DNA of 47,441 bases from Chromera velia. Lineage: Eukaryota. The notes below the pieces were generated by a model that saw nothing but the letters and a program-made list of their open reading frames with translations, was not told where the DNA came from and did no database searches. Numbering within the stretch: the first letter of the stretch is position 1; each line of letters starts with the position of its first letter. The stretch spans positions 1-47,441 of the forward strand of contig JAHBMJ010000454.1 of NCBI GenBank assembly GCA_018398765.1, given 5' to 3'. Both the position numbers and the translations under genes were made by a program. Below, piece after piece: positions 1-12,632 of this stretch.

Positions 1-126
1 GAGGAGCGTCAAGTATGAGGTCGCATGAGAGAGAGAACTAGTAGCGAGAGCAGTAACTAGGACAGAAGGAAGAGATGAAAGACGTATAGGCCAGACGCTA
101 GGAACAAACTTTAAGTCGATGCCCCC

Positions 127-1268
127 CACTGTAATATTCAATATACTAGCATTTTTTCTATATATGATATCTATCTTTTACATACTTTATTCTATAAGCT
201 GTTTTGGGTAGTGGACTGTGGATAGTGTTACACTAGCTAGCACACTAGGATATATATTGCATGCTGACATGTTTCATTAGAAATCTATAGCTGAAAATTG
301 TTTTATTTCAATAAATATTTTATATTTAAAAAAATCAAATTGAAATACATAAAACTGTGCGTTACCTCTGATAGCCAGTACGTCTATTGAGCTCTTCTAA
401 GATATTACAAACTTTCATATGTTATGCAATATAATTCAATTTTTGTTTTATTGTTAATTTCTCTAGATTATTTTAAATTATTCAGTGTAATATTCAATAT
501 ACTAGCATTTTTTCTATATATGATATCTATTTTTTATATACTTTATTCTATAAGCTGTTCTGGATAGTGGACTGTGGATAGTGTTACACTAGCTAGCACA
601 CTAGGATATACATTGCATACTGACATGTTTTATTAGAAAGCTATAGCTGAAAATTGTTTTATTTCAATAAATATTTTATATTTTAAAAAATCAAATTGAA
701 ATACATAAAACTGTGCGTTACCTCTGATAGCCAGTACGTCTATTGAGCTCTTCTAAGATATTACAAACTTTCATATGTTATGCAATATAATTCAATTTTT
801 GTTTCATTGTTAATTTCTCTAGATTGTTTTAAATTATTCACTGTAATATTTAATATACTAGCATTTTTTCTATATATGATATCTATTTTTTACATACTTT
901 ATTCTATAAGCTGTTTTGGGTAGTGGACTATGGATAGTGTTACACTAGCTAGCACACTAGGATATACATTGCATGCTGACATGCTTCATTAGAAATCTAT
1001 AGCTGAAAATGGTTTTATTTCAATAAATATTTTATATTTTAAAAAATTAAATTGAAATACATAAAACTGTGCGTTACCTCTGATAGCCAGTACGTCTATT
1101 GAGCTCTTCTAAGATATTATGAACTTTCATATGTTATGCAATATAATTCAATTTTTGTTTTATTGTTAATTTCTCTAGATTGTTTTAAATTATTCACTGT
1201 AATATTCAATATACTAGCATTTTTTCTATATATGATATCTATTTTTTACATACTTTATTCTATAAGCT
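127..1268. repeat. AT-rich tandem array, 356-bp unit, about 3.2 copies
   Basis: Unit start CA(C/G)TGTAATATT recurs at 127, 483, 839 and 1195 (period 356); copies are nearly identical. Confidence 0.95.
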
Positions 1269-1696
1269 CTGCACTCCATTTAAAAAAAAAAAAAGAAAAA
1301 AAAAGAAACTTTTCGATCTTTGTTTTTTTTTTTATTCATCAACTGAAAAGTAAATGGTTTTCAATGCAACACCCCATATAACACTCTTACAACACTTGAA
1401 CAATAGTTGTTTGCCTATTAAACATGGTTAGGTCTGTTCAGACAGACAAACTACAGTGTTTTTACTAAAAATGCACTAATATTTTCACGTATATATAGTT
1501 TTCACGGTATATACTAATTTAATTAGCACTAAAGTTCACATGGTAAAAAATTAGTGTCTGTTAGTAATACTAAAATTTTTGTCAGTAATTTTTTAGTCAT
1601 ACTAAAAAAATTCTTTGTATTTTCATAGTAGCAATTTTAGTATTTATTTAGTAATGCTTAAGAAAGAAGCAATGCTTATTACCATAACTTTTAGTA

Positions 1697-4600
1697 AGTT
1701 GAAGTATAGGGTACCAGCCTGCCGCGTATCCATGCTTGCTTCTGGACCTACCAAGCCAAGCGTGCAGGCCGTACCACGCGGTGCTGAAGCACCGTGCTGG
1801 CTGGGATAGGATTGCCGCACGCGTATTCGATTTTGTATGATTTGTGCCGCACGCATTCAGCACCAGCCAGTTCAGATCGATCCATTTCGTGCAGCACTAG
1901 CTGATTGAACGCCTTTTGGCTGTTCGTTCTACTTTGCCTTGACGGACAGACTATTTTATGAAGTAGTTTCACCATCATGGAGATCTAGCTCTGCATTCCG
2001 TTTGACCATCATTTGGTCATTCTCTTTTGCGGTTGACAGCGCTCTATTGTGTCCTATTTTGGTCAGTCTCCTCGTCTCCTCGTCTCTCCAGCTATCTTTT
2101 GCCCCACCTTTCTACTGCTTGGAAGCCATCCGTTCCAGTCAGAGGTGAAAATTACACCGTGAAATGAGAAAAGGTTTTCAGAAAGCTTTCTCCTTCCAAT
2201 CTGGAAGCTGTGGAGGATGGATCAACCTGCAGCCACTGCTGCGCCTGTAGGTCTCTGCTGGGAGACGTCATGTTGCACGATGATGTTCGTTTGTCGAAGA
2301 CTCCAACGTGGACGCCAGATGAAAAACTAAGTCTCCACTGTTCTCCCAAGCTCTTTCGGCTTCTCTCCCCAACAACATCACCCAGATCAAGCACGTGAAC
2401 AAGGACCGCCAGTAGCATGATTGCTGCCATTTTTGCCGAGAGCCGCCCTCACCTCAGCTGCCACCAGCTGCTGCCTGGACCGCACTGAACTGTCAGTGCA
2501 CCATCTGCTTGCAGTTGCTTTCCGGGCCACCAAGAGCTGAGAGTGCTGCAGCTTTTCTACTGCGACTTTGCTTGTCTGCTCGCCAAGGATCACAGAGGAA
2601 GGCAAAGTTTCGGAAGCGCCTCTTTGGAGGGGGGGGACTTTTGATAACTTTTTCATCCATGCTTGGTTGTCTCCGTATCTTCTGCCAGTCAACATCCATC
2701 CGTGTGTACACTGGAGTGAGGGGGGATACAAGGACGCTCCGCTGAGTTGCGAATGCAAGGTTTGCAGTATTTATTTTCTCTTCTTAGGCAGTGAGTGCAA
2801 ACTGTGTATGTAATCGAACTTTGATGGAGAAATATGCAAGGCGCGATTTGTTCTCTGTCTTTCTGTACAGCCACTGCATCGATTCTTTCTTTCCCTGTTG
2901 TTTTTCCAGTGTTGCGAAGCATATCTTTTCAAAGGCATCAGAGAGGCAGGACGAAAGAGGCAGACCGGAGATAGGTAGACTTATTAAAGTGGCAGACCAG
3001 AGTCAACTGATCTTGTGATGTCTAGCCCTCTACCTTGTTCTTGTGATGTCTAGCCCTCTGCTTCTCTGCATTCCGTTTGTGCATACTCTTCGATCAACGA
3101 CACCGGCAGGCAAGTGAAAACAAGAAAAGATTTTATTGGCTTTCAGGCAGTCAGACCAAAAGGCTGTTTCATTCCTTTTGTCTTTATCTTTCCCTGGTGT
3201 TTTGCTTCCGTTTCTTTCTCTTTGTATAGAAACGTAATCGAGGGGGGGAGTTGAAGTATAGGCAGGGTTGCCGATTTTTTTGGCGGTAGACAAGTTTCAT
3301 TACCAGTAACCGGTAATTACCGGCAGAGTTTGCTGGCAGTTGGCAAAGACTTGGCAGAATTCTAACAGTCACTAACACTTTTCAATAACCTAAGTCCTAG
3401 GTTATAGGTCAATCAATCAATCACTTAAGGCTACACTTACGGTCAATTCAAAAAGTTAATGCATCATCTGTAGGGACAGCTATGCGGCCAGTGTGCTTGA
3501 AGATAACGCAGGTCGAAGCGATGGGTCCCGTCTTGTACTTGGCGCCCAAAGACAGAGAACCGCTGGCCGCAATAACCACAGCTGGCCCAGACAGATACAC
3601 CCACACGATTCCAACAACGGAAAGAATCCGCCTCAAAATTTGGGTGGTCCCCCCAATCAAGTGCTCCAGCCTCTAAAGAAAGACCCACCACTAAAAGCTG
3701 ATGTCTGAGGCCTCGAAGGGCCTCTGACTCCGGAGAGTCTAACCCAGGAAGGTGGAGATTTGTCATCTGCAAGCAAGCAGACATGAAAGAATCATAAGTA
3801 AATAAGCGAACAGAGATAAGGAAAGCGAGTATGTGAACAAAAGGCGGTTGGGCGTTTGTAGAGACAGGGAGGGCAAGTATGTGAACAAAAGGTAATTGGG
3901 TTTGTGTGTGAGTAGATAGAGACAGGGAGAGCGAGTATGGGAACGAAAGGCGAGTGGACCTCTATAGAGAAGGTAAAAGAGAGGAGTCCGAAGAAAAGAG
4001 CGAGGAAGAAGAGGAGGAGAGGGGAGGGGATGAGGAGGAAGAGGTAGAAGACGATGTTGAGGCAAACGGGGGGGGCAGAGTAGAGGAAGAGGTGCAGGTA
4101 CAAGAAGAGGAGGCGGGGGAAGAAAGGCCCAGAAACCCGCCGCCTTCAGAGAGAAGAGAGAACAAAAGAGGGAGATGCAGCGTAGAAGAAGAAGGCTCTC
4201 CAAAAAGAGCCATGATTCGTGTTCTCCCCCCCTCTGCCCCAGCCTCTGCTAGTGTTCGGTCCCCTCAGGTACCGGTCGCTCCGGCTTCTTTTTATAGCCA
4301 CGGTGCAGCAGCCGCATCCACCCCTTCCTCTTTCCGTCCAAGACCACCCAGCCCTAGACCCAGCCGCACCATGGGGGGAGCTTGAGGAGGCAATGTTCTT
4401 CTTGCTCCTCCCCTCTCAGCAAACCGGACAGGGGCTGCATAAGTACAGAGCCGCAGGCTTATCATCTCTTCGTTTTTCAGAAAGAAGTAGACTTTTTCCG
4501 TTTCTTACTTTGATCGCTCTCTAAAGACGGTCAAGGCCTGATATACAGAGAAGCAGAACAGTGAGACATGAAGCAAAATAAAAAAAGAGAGTAGTTGTTG

Positions 4601-5225
4601 GACAGACGCTGTCATAGAGCTGTTAGAACTTTTTGCCACTTATAGGGGTGAAGCAGTTAAAAATTTATATTTTTTTAATATTTTTTTTATTTTTTTGTGT
4701 GTGTGAATAGGCTTTTCAAATGCTAATAAACACTTAAAAACATGTTTTTGAAGGTTGGCACCGCAGGCGAAATTTTTTTTGGGGGACCCTAATTTTTATT
4801 ATTTTTTTTGTCGGTAAAAAGAAGGCAGACTGATGCCATTACCGGTTACCGGCAATTGTCGGTAGACTAGACCTGTTACCGACCAAAAAAGCAACCCTGA
4901 GTATAGGGTACCAGCCTGCCGTGTATCCATGCTTGCTTCTGGACCTACCGGGCCGAGCGTGCAGGCCGTGCCGCGCGGTGCCGAAGCGCCGTGCTGGCCA
5001 GGATAGGATTGCCGCGTGCGCATTCGATTTTGTACGATTTGTGCCGCGCGTATTCAGCACCAGCCAGTTTAGATCGATCCATTTCGTGCAGCACTAGCTG
5101 ATCGAACGCCTTTCGGCTGTTTGTTCTACTCTGCCTTAACAGACAGACTATTTCATAAAGTAGTTTTACCATCATGGAGATCTAGCTCTGCATTCTGTTT
5201 GACCATCATTTGATCATTCTCTTTT
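1697..5225 (+). mobile_element. Non-autonomous LTR-type retroelement (layer 3); LTRs at 1697-2028 and 3249-5225 (second LTR interrupted)
   Basis: About 332-bp direct repeats AGTTGAAG...CTCTTTT; 5-bp TSD TAGTA (1692-1696 and 5226-5230); polypurine tract GAGGGGGGG directly before the 3' LTR; no gag/pol motifs in the 1.2-kb interior. Confidence 0.8.
3263..4899. mobile_element. Non-autonomous hAT-type DNA transposon (layer 4) inserted in the 3' LTR
   Basis: TIR CAGGGTTGC / GCAACCCTG; perfect 8-bp TSD AGTATAGG (3255-3262 and 4900-4907); the 5' LTR shows the empty site. Confidence 0.92.
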
Positions 5226-6073
5226 TAGTAATAATCGATCTAACAGTCAATGCATGTATGCGTCAACATTGTCTTCTTTATGTCTGTTTGGTCACGTGCA
5301 TGAGGTGACCAGTATATTCAATAGATCAAATACCAACCAAAGTAGGATAGAGGTTTCATAGATAGTTTAACTTAATTATAATATATACATATCAGTTCAC
5401 TTTGTACTGATTCACTTTACAGTGAATGTTACTAAGTAAAAAAAAGTACACACTGTGTAAAATACTCAAATTTTACTAGAGATTTTTTTTTTAATACTAA
5501 AATTTTACTATAAGAAAAAATATATTAATATTAAAAAAAATACTAAGTATATGTTAGTATACATCCAACTTTTACTAGTGCATGTTAAGTGAATCCACTG
5601 TAATTTGTCTGTCTGAACAGACCTAACCGTGAATGCTATAATAAATAAAAAAAGATTCTATAAAAAAAAACTTTTTCTCATCTTTTATTTCTTTTTTTAT
5701 GTAGTGCAGAGCCTAGACTTTATTTCAGCAAAAATATGAAATAATGTAAGCTAGCGTAGGGCGTAAGCTAATTTAGTTACATAGTGACATACGGTCTAGC
5801 ATATGGTTATATACGGTACAATGCAGTACTTTATCATAGACCCTTATCATTACTCCGTAAATATGTATGTATACGTAGTTATATGATGATGATGATGATC
5901 ACATGATAGAAGACTTAACAATACTCTGTTCTATACACAAAACTCCGTCTATGATGTAATGTTACATACAGTCAGCATTAAATTGATGGTTGTTGTCATA
6001 TAACGATCGAAAACATCACTTTTGTTATCGTAAGTCGCTGACTCAACTTTTTTTTGTTGTAAATCACTGACTC

Positions 6074-8162
6074 TCAGACTCTGGGCTTTGCTGACCCTAT
6101 CGCTTCGACCGCTGCTCGTTGCTGTTTTCTGTCTGTGTGTTTGGCTGTCCTGTCAGAGTTGTTTCTTCTCTTTTTGTTTGCATACTTGATTGTTTGTTTA
6201 GGCGCATGGAGAGGAAAGTTTCGGAGATGCCAGTTGCGCGGCGATTTGCTGGTGGGGGGACCCGTCAAAAGAAAACCCCCAAGAAAAGAAAAGAAAATGA
6301 GGCGCATGCAATGAACAAAGACATTGGCATGAAAGACACGGCATGGCATGACATGAGTGTAGAAAGTGACGGGGCATGAAACAAACCAGCTGATCGCTTT
6401 GCTTTGACAACTCTTTCCCTTCCTTCTCGTAGCAGTCCCTCGCAACTGCTCAAGTAAGGACGTACATCTGTCGGATTTTTGCACGGCCTTTTTTTGTCTG
6501 CACGTTCTCAGGATGTTTTCAACGATCGAGCCAATCAAGAAGCTTGCTCACTGATCCGTGCATGCCAGATCTTCCTTCAATTTCCTTTCTTTCCTCATCA
6601 AACACCGCAGAAGGGAACCTCCACGTTCCCAGACCCCCCAGTCTCCCCCTCACCCCTCACCCTCATTCCCACTCGCGCCGTTGCAGACTGCCCCCCTGTC
6701 GACGCTCCTGCCAACAACTGGCCGGGCTGAAGGTTCAGGACCCGAGGGGGCAACTTCAACATACCCGCCTTCGCTCTGGCAGCGCTGAGGTCTTTCACCA
6801 TTGCCGTCATCGTCTTTCTGGCCGTCGTGTATTCTTCCTTCTCCATCGCCCTCTCGGTGCCCTTCTGGAATTCCGTCAAATGTTCCAGGAAGGTGGCGGT
6901 GGTGTCGGGTGCTCCTTCGGGGGGAGACGAAGAACGGGGGGGCGGACGTCTGGAAGTCGTTGTCGTCGTGTGATGATGGGTGGTGGTGGCGTGAGCACCC
7001 CGTGTGTGGTCTCTGTCTTTCTCTGTGTGTCGAGCGGCTCTGGATCGTGAGCTCTCTCGGTGGCGAGAGTGTCTTGTCTTCTCCCTCTCCCGGTCCTTCT
7101 CCCTCTCCCTGTGCGTGACCTCACGTTGCCCCTCCTCTGTCGGTTTGCTCCTGCGAGACGACCTGCGTCTTCTCCTTTCTGAGGAGGCATGCTTCGACGA
7201 CCGTGAAGGCTCGGGAGGGTCCGGGATCAGCTGTGAGGCCAGACACTCCTTCCATGTCCTCTCCCTCCATGCCTGAGTAGACCTGCATCCATCCACATCC
7301 ATCCAAGCATGTGATTGTAAGCACAATACGTGCACACAGAAGCCGACAAACACCTCGTGATCGTCTTTCTCGAACGATACATGCATCCATTCTCCCCCTA
7401 AAAAAAGCACAACCTCGAGCTGCCAGGCTCCATTCTTCCTTCCTTGTTCCCAGTCCTACGTGAATCCTCTCAGGCCTTTTTCTTTCTGAGACTTTCTGGA
7501 GAGAAAAGGATTCAAACTTTTCTCCGAGGTACTCTGGCTTGGCGCAGTGAATGAGTGAGAAGAAGAAAAGAAGGCTTACGTGAGACGATGTTCGGGCAGG
7601 GGCAGGGAGACAGAATGCACGCCTTACAAGCAAGTATCCTTAATCTCTAGCTCTTTTCCTGGCTTGATTCCTGTCCATCAGACAGACAAAGTACCTAACT
7701 CCACGAGGTTCCCTTCCATGCACTCTGTTGAATTTCTCTTCCTCTCTCTTTCCTTTCTTTCTTTTCAACAGACGGGCAAATGAAAGCACACGCGGCTATG
7801 CAGGTAGTCAGGCATGTCAAGAGAAACACAAAAGGACAGCAAAACAAACAGGTCGCGACACAGAGACACGGGAGACACCGAAGGAGAGAAAGAAGAGGAA
7901 CGACCCATAAGGGGGCATTATTCGGGGGACTCACCCACGCACCCACTCACCTGGCAACTTCCATCACGACCTCGTTGCGCTGCTTTTGTTCTTCCAGCAG
8001 ACCCTCCAGACCCCTGCACGCACGAGTACACACAGGGCGACACAGTTAGCAAGAATTTACTTTGGACGGGCATGAACAGAAAGCTCGCGGCGCATCAGAA
8101 AGAAAGAGAAGGGAGATAAGAAAGCCGAACAAGCTTGGGAGCAACGGGAGACACAGACGGCG

Positions 8163-8208
<46 letters not shown>

Positions 8209-9901
8209 CACGCACGCACGCACGCACGCAGGCGGGAAGACTGACTGACAGACAGACCGACATCTATGTAGACCGACCCCATAAGAAATTCCAGCCTGGC
8301 GATGTCCCTGTCGAGTTTTTCTTCTTCGCTCATCTCCCTGTAGGGTTTCGCCTGTTTGTTCAGAAAGCTTCGTGGACGTGAGATGGAGTCTCTCACAGGA
8401 AAGAGTCCCTGCGGAGCCCGTGGGACGGGAGGAAGAGGAGGTGCCGCCCGCTGAGCTGCAGTGGGAGGCATGATATACGGCGGATAGACGGGCTGCGACA
8501 CTTGCTCTGCCTGGGGGGGAGGTATCAGCGGCGTTTGCGCCGGGGGCGCCACCTGCTGAGCTTGGGTGGGAGGCATGGTGAACGGCGCATGGACGGGCTG
8601 CGACACCTGCTGTGCATGGGGGGGAGGTATCAGCGGCGTCTGCGCAGAGGGCGGCACCTGCTGAGCTTGGGTGGGAGGCATGGTGAATGGCGCATGGGGG
8701 GGCTGCGACACCTGCTGTGCATGGGGGGGAGGTATCAGCGGCGTCTGCGCCGGGGGCGCCACCTGCTGAGCTTGGGTGGGAGGCATGGTGAACGGCGCAT
8801 GGACGGGCTGCGACACCTGCTGTGCCTGGGGGGGAGGTATCAGCGGCGTCTGTGCCGGGGGCGCCACTTGCTGAGCTTGGGTGGGAGGCATGGTGAACGG
8901 CGCATGGGGGGGCTGCGACACCTGCTGTGCCGGGGGTGGAGGTATCAGCGGCTTCTGCGCAGGGGGCGGCACCTGCTGAGCCTGGGAGGGAGGAAGGCCG
9001 GTCTGTGTGTGGGGGGGCGGGATTCGTTGCGGGTGTGAAGGAGGGCGATGAGCCTCGGTGGTGGGGGGAGGCTGGCCTCGTGCCTGTGAAGGGGTGGGTG
9101 CCGTGTGAGGTTGGGGGGTGGGGGCGAAAGTCTGAGAGGTGGATGGCGCCTGGGGCCCTGCCCTGTTGGCATTCGTTGATGGGGTGTGAGGGGGAACGGT
9201 GGTTTTTTGGGGGGTTTCATGTTGGTCTGAGGGGGTATTCCTCTTTGGAGTGTGTAGTTGATCTTGGTCTTTCGTGATTGGTTCCTGAACGTCGCCCTCG
9301 GACTCCTCCAAAGTTGGAGAGACCTGGTTAGTCTCTCCGTTTTTTGGAGAATCTCTTTGGGGCCTGGGGGGAGTCTTCACCCCGTTGACTGTCCATCCGG
9401 GTGGAGGCCTTTCTTCTTTCTCCTTGTTCGCGTTGTTCTCTGGAGGCTTGAACGCCATGTAGGCCTTCTTGAGAGCCCTACGAACAGAAAGGAGGGGAGG
9501 TGACAAGCCAGTTGACGAGTTTAGAAGAAGTTTCAAAGAAATGGACAGACACAGAGAGGGAGAGAGAGATACAACACATAGGTAGATCCATCTGTACCCA
9601 GAAACGTGTGCAACTTTTGGTAGACTTCATACAGAAGAACATGTAGCCAGACTGACTTGAACAGTTTCTCTCGCCACACGTCGTTGTTCCACGGGTTCCT
9701 TTTGCAGTTCGTGCAGTCAGGAGGTTCTCTCGGTGAGAGAAAGAGGGTGCTGAAGAACACAGCCGCCACTGCTGTTGGGATGAAAACCATGTAGAAGTAC
9801 ATCTTGAACTCTGCTCGAAACCAGTCATAGGTTGCAAGCATTCGAACTTGCCACCGCATCTCTGGGGTGAAATAGTCAGGGAAAAGGTCTTCGTAGTCCA
9901 T
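6074..9901 (-). CDS. Multi-exon hypothetical protein: N-terminal hydrophobic segment, Pro/Gln-rich repeats, Arg/Glu/His-rich region; exon boundaries approximate
   Basis: ATG at 9901 (MDYEDLFPDY...), long open exon about 9477-8270, further open segments 6598-7270 and 6074-6300, with pyrimidine/microsatellite introns between. Splice phases not fully resolved; may be more than one gene. Confidence 0.55.
8450..8990 (-). repeat. Coding minisatellite, 105 bp (35 aa) x about 5
   Basis: QQVAPPAQTPLIPPPQAQQVSQPVHAPFTMPPTQA repeats; CTGAGCTTGG at 8766 and 8871. Confidence 0.9.
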
Positions 9902-10331
9902 TTTGAATGTCAGAAGGTGATGAGGGCCTGGAGTCGGAGGAGCAAACAAGGCCGTGCAGGCACGTGAACGTTCAGTCTGCAGAAGGATCAGTGGACGATC
10001 AACAGACAGAGCTTCGAGAAGCGTCTTTGTAGCAAACGCTCAGAACAGCCACTGATCTGACAAGCAATGAGAAAGATGTCGATCGATCAATCTCGCTTGC
10101 TTTCTACCTGTCCGAGCTTCCTTCGACTCTCTCAATCGATCTTGCTGCCCCTCGCGAGCTAGCTGGCAGCTTGTATGAGAATACGTGTCCCGGAAAGCGA
10201 AAAAGCCCTCAATTGCATGCACGCATGGCCCCGCCCGGAAAGTTCGTCGCTGTATATATGGAGAATCGGCGCGCATTCCGCGCGCCGTGAGGTATATAGC
10301 GAAAATACACAAACTTTATGTTTTGTCACGG

Positions 10332-10575
10332 GACCTCCCTGAACCTAACTACCACTTGAAAGTTGAAGCCGCATTTTTAGACTAGCTTGAAAGTCTGCGC
10401 CGCAGGCGCGGATCAGTTACGCGCATTTACGGTGTCTTGAAAGCCAAGGCCGCATATCTGGACGGTGTCTTGACACTGTACGCCGCAAGCATGGACGGTC
10501 TCTTGAAAAACGATGCCGTAGATAGAGATTATCTTGATTATATTTTTTCAAGTGACACTTAGTTTCAGGGAGGTT
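10332..10575 (+). mobile_element. MITE copy 1 (244 bp)
   Basis: TIR (G/A)ACCTCCCTGAA...TTCAGGGAGGTT; 8-bp TSD TGTCACGG on both sides. Confidence 0.9.
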
Positions 10576-10724
10576 TGTCACGGTGCTGGTTGCAAATTTC
10601 ACATGTGGTAACAATATGATCGGGAAAAACTGGACTATATTCACACTGCAGCACTTTATTACAGCAACTAGCAGCAAATCTTCTTCCTTCGATTCATTGT
10701 AGGAGGGGCTAAAACGGGCACAAC

Positions 10725-10958
10725 AACCTCCCTGAACCTAAATACTACTTGAAAAAAAATAATTAAGATGATCTCTATCTGCGGCATCATTTTTCAAGAG
10801 ACTGTCCACACCTGCGGCGTAGCCAGTCAAAAGACCACCCAGATATGCGGCTTTAACTTTCAAGACACTGTAAATGATCCGCGCCAGCGGCGCGCACTTT
10901 CAAGCTTATCCAAAAATGCGGCTTAAACTTTCAAGTGGTAGTTAGGTTCAGGGAGGTT
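10725..10958 (-). mobile_element. MITE copy 2 (234 bp), same family, inverted
   Basis: AACCTCCCTGAACCTAA...TTAGGTTCAGGGAGGTT; 8-bp TSD GGCACAAC; the interior is the diverged reverse complement of copy 1. Confidence 0.9.
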
Positions 10959-12632
10959 GGCACAACGTTACATAACTTGCTGCACAAGGGTATATAAGGG
11001 GTCCTTTCAAGTTTGAGTGTCTTAATTCTCGGCCGAAAGGGAAATGAAAATTGGAAGTTACACCGTTTTGCTGCGTTCTCCAGATTTTTTGATATATCAA
11101 ACAAAATTAATAATTTGATATCTTTTGACTTCATTTGACTTTGAGAGCGTAAAGTGAGTGTACAAAGACTGATTAATTGAAGGAGAGAGGCAAGGGGGAA
11201 AAGGTTTAAATGGTTAGCTCAGTGTCACTCTAACATCATTTAGATGATGACTATATATGAAAAACTTTCACCATAAACCAGAAATTCAATTTAATATATT
11301 ATAATTAAGGATCTCCTAGGATCTCCCATACCTACAGTCTGCTTACGTACAGCCCAATTCAAGTAACTCATGATCACTAAGTAACTCAAATAAACTTAAG
11401 TTTCAACTTTAAGAACATAATAAATATGTAATGAATTCATTACGTTTTTTTTTTTTCTTTTCTTAAAGTTTTTATTAGCTAGACGGCAACGCTTCCCCCT
11501 TTGAGTCGATCACCGCCACTCATCAGGCATGGCGGGAGGACGCCTCCCCCCCGCGAGACGCCATTATGAATTTATGGTGGAAGAGATTTGGTAGGGAAAT
11601 GAATCAAACAGCATTCGTGTCCAAGACTCTATAAGCATTCATCCATCTATCCATCCATGGGTATCCATGGGAGAATCAGTCCAGTATCAGAGATAATGGA
11701 CGTACATTCAACAGTGAAGGGATGGAGGGATCGATGCATGTGGAACAACAATCAGCTTTCTACTGTCTGCCCGGCCCCCGCGTTACTTGAATTCACAAGA
11801 CACCCCTGGCTGCTGTTGCAGGATTCGACCTAGGATTCGACGGGGTTTTGCCCGACAGCCGTTGAGACAAACGAGTGACCCAAAAGCGAAAACGAAGGGA
11901 AAAAAGAGACAAGACGAAAACGGGAAGAGAAAAGCATTCGGCAGCACGTCAGAAGACGACAAGCTGACAATCAAAGGAATTGAGGAAGAACATGAATCCA
12001 TGTGAGCGAACTAGAAGCTAATTAACAAAAAAAAAGACCAAGACTCATGGAAGCAAAAACTCTTGCAGACCACCCCCACTGGAGCTCCCACGTTCACGCA
12101 AACATTTCAGAGAAAAGGAATAAATAAACATGCAGAAAAGCGGAAACAAGTTAGGCAGCAATTTGAATTCAGTTACCACCGCTGACTGAACAGCGTCTGC
12201 AGCCATCCACTCGATCCACCCATGCATGCGTCCATTGATCCATCCACACAATTAACAACCCACCCACAAAAAGTGGATCCCCCGATCCATCCCCCGATCC
12301 ATCCATCCATCCATGTATGCACCCACCTTCATGCGTTGGTTTACTCGTACGCCGAGTCTGCCCTCTTTACTTACCGACATGCTTTGCTCTCTCTGTCAGG
12401 TGATGCGAAGAGCCATACAAAAGCCGAAGAGATCGGCTGCTGAGTCCCTAGCAACATTCATTCTCACGATCTCTCTTCCTCACTTCAAACAAACAGACGA
12501 ACACGTGTAGACACACATGCATACACGGACGCACAAGCACATGCACATCCATGCAGAGTCACCCTGCCCCATTCTATCTGTGAGCAGAATAACAACACAT
12601 CAGAACGACAGAACGCAACACACAAAAAAAGC

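Larger units (their letters stand above)
1423..5631. mobile_element. Non-autonomous DNA transposon with 36-bp TIRs starting CA(C/T)GG (layer 2)
   Basis: CATGGTTAGGTCTGTTCAGACAGACAAACTACAGTG (1423-1458) is the inverse of 5596-5631 with 2 mismatches; possible AA TSD; AT-rich TACTA/TAGTA subterminal motifs. Confidence 0.85.
1265..5713. mobile_element. Outer non-autonomous TIR element (layer 1 of nest)
   Basis: (A)GCTCTGCACTCCAT at about 1265 is the inverse of ATGTAGTGCAGAGCC ending at 5713. Both continue inward into A/T tracts, and TA lies on each outer side. Confidence 0.55.

Noticed and set aside
1136..1381. 81-aa hydrophobic ORF
   Set aside because: Chance translation of AT-rich repeat and poly-A sequence.
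10350..10540. Regularly spaced CTTGAAA motifs as a CRISPR array
   Set aside because: The motif is only about 7 bp, spacing is irregular, it lies inside a TSD-bounded MITE, and there are no cas genes.
11490..11530. Minus-strand CTGATGAG...CTCAAA as a hammerhead ribozyme
   Set aside because: It lacks the GAAA core and I could not build stems I and III.
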